A DNA stretch of 64,000 nt from Raillietiella orientalis (Eukaryota): assembly GCA_036172245.1 (NCBI GenBank), contig JAYWIR010000017.1, positions 1,612,001 to 1,676,000 on the forward strand, given 5' to 3'. The position numbers and the translations under genes are program-made. The notes under the pieces are model-generated. The model was not told the DNA's origin. It made no database searches and saw nothing but the letters and a program-made list of their open reading frames with translations. This document shows positions 63,701-64,000 of this stretch, one piece after another. Positions within the stretch are counted from its first letter, which is position 1. Each line of letters begins with the position of its first letter.

Positions 63701-64000
63701 CTCGAAATCCAGAGAAATCACCAAGCATGAATAACAGCTCCAGTTTACCTTTATGTTTGTGGTTAGCAGAGACAACAAAACAGAAGAAAACTGTCATTTG
63801 AAAGATACTTTCTGTCTGAAGCTATAGCTGAGCATTTTGAGTGAAATAAGGCAATCAACTGGTAGCTGGTTAGAAGTGGTAGAAGCTGTTAGCGCACAAG
63901 GGCTATGTTCGTGTTTCGGATGTAATCAGTTACTATAGGATTTCGAAACCAGGGCCTTTTTTGAAGACCACAAGATAATGTGCAATCAGTAAGTATAATC

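Noticed and set aside
1..64000. tRNA, rRNA, snRNA, CRISPR arrays or prokaryotic operons
   Set aside because: No cloverleaf, rRNA block or repeat-spacer array was recognised by eye, and the genes are intron-containing and eukaryotic.

Overview
Eukaryotic (most likely arthropod; inferred from a Dumpy-type EGF/DPY gene) genomic window with spliceosomal genes embedded in heavily decayed transposon DNA. Three host genes can be reconstructed by hand with canonical splice sites and a consistent frame: (1) a six-exon, about 510-codon EGF/DPY-repeat 'mini-Dumpy' gene on + (34794-37622, 5' exons unresolved); (2) a five-exon, 194-aa divergent Mad2-like HORMA gene on - (52957-53752) with two 40-nt introns; (3) a C1orf50/DUF2452 homologue on - (60007-60758). 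Mobile DNA includes a degenerate, internally deleted L1/Tx1-type LINE (about 55.1-59.1 kb), a NeSL/Utopia-type restriction-like-endonuclease LINE fragment (49.5-50.0 kb), an internally deleted piggyBac, a hAT MITE with a perfect 8-bp TSD, an AT-rich TIR element, and many faint LINE remnants that lie almost all on the minus strand. The most unusual structure is 38298-43137: a head-to-tail chain of three diverged members of one LINE family, bracketed by a 540-bp, about 99%-identical inverted repeat. These copies, plus a fourth at 50 kb, end in a conserved about 30-nt GC-rich terminal motif after AATAAA instead of a poly(A) tail. No rRNA, tRNA or CRISPR was found. All calls are by-eye motif recognition; no searches were run.
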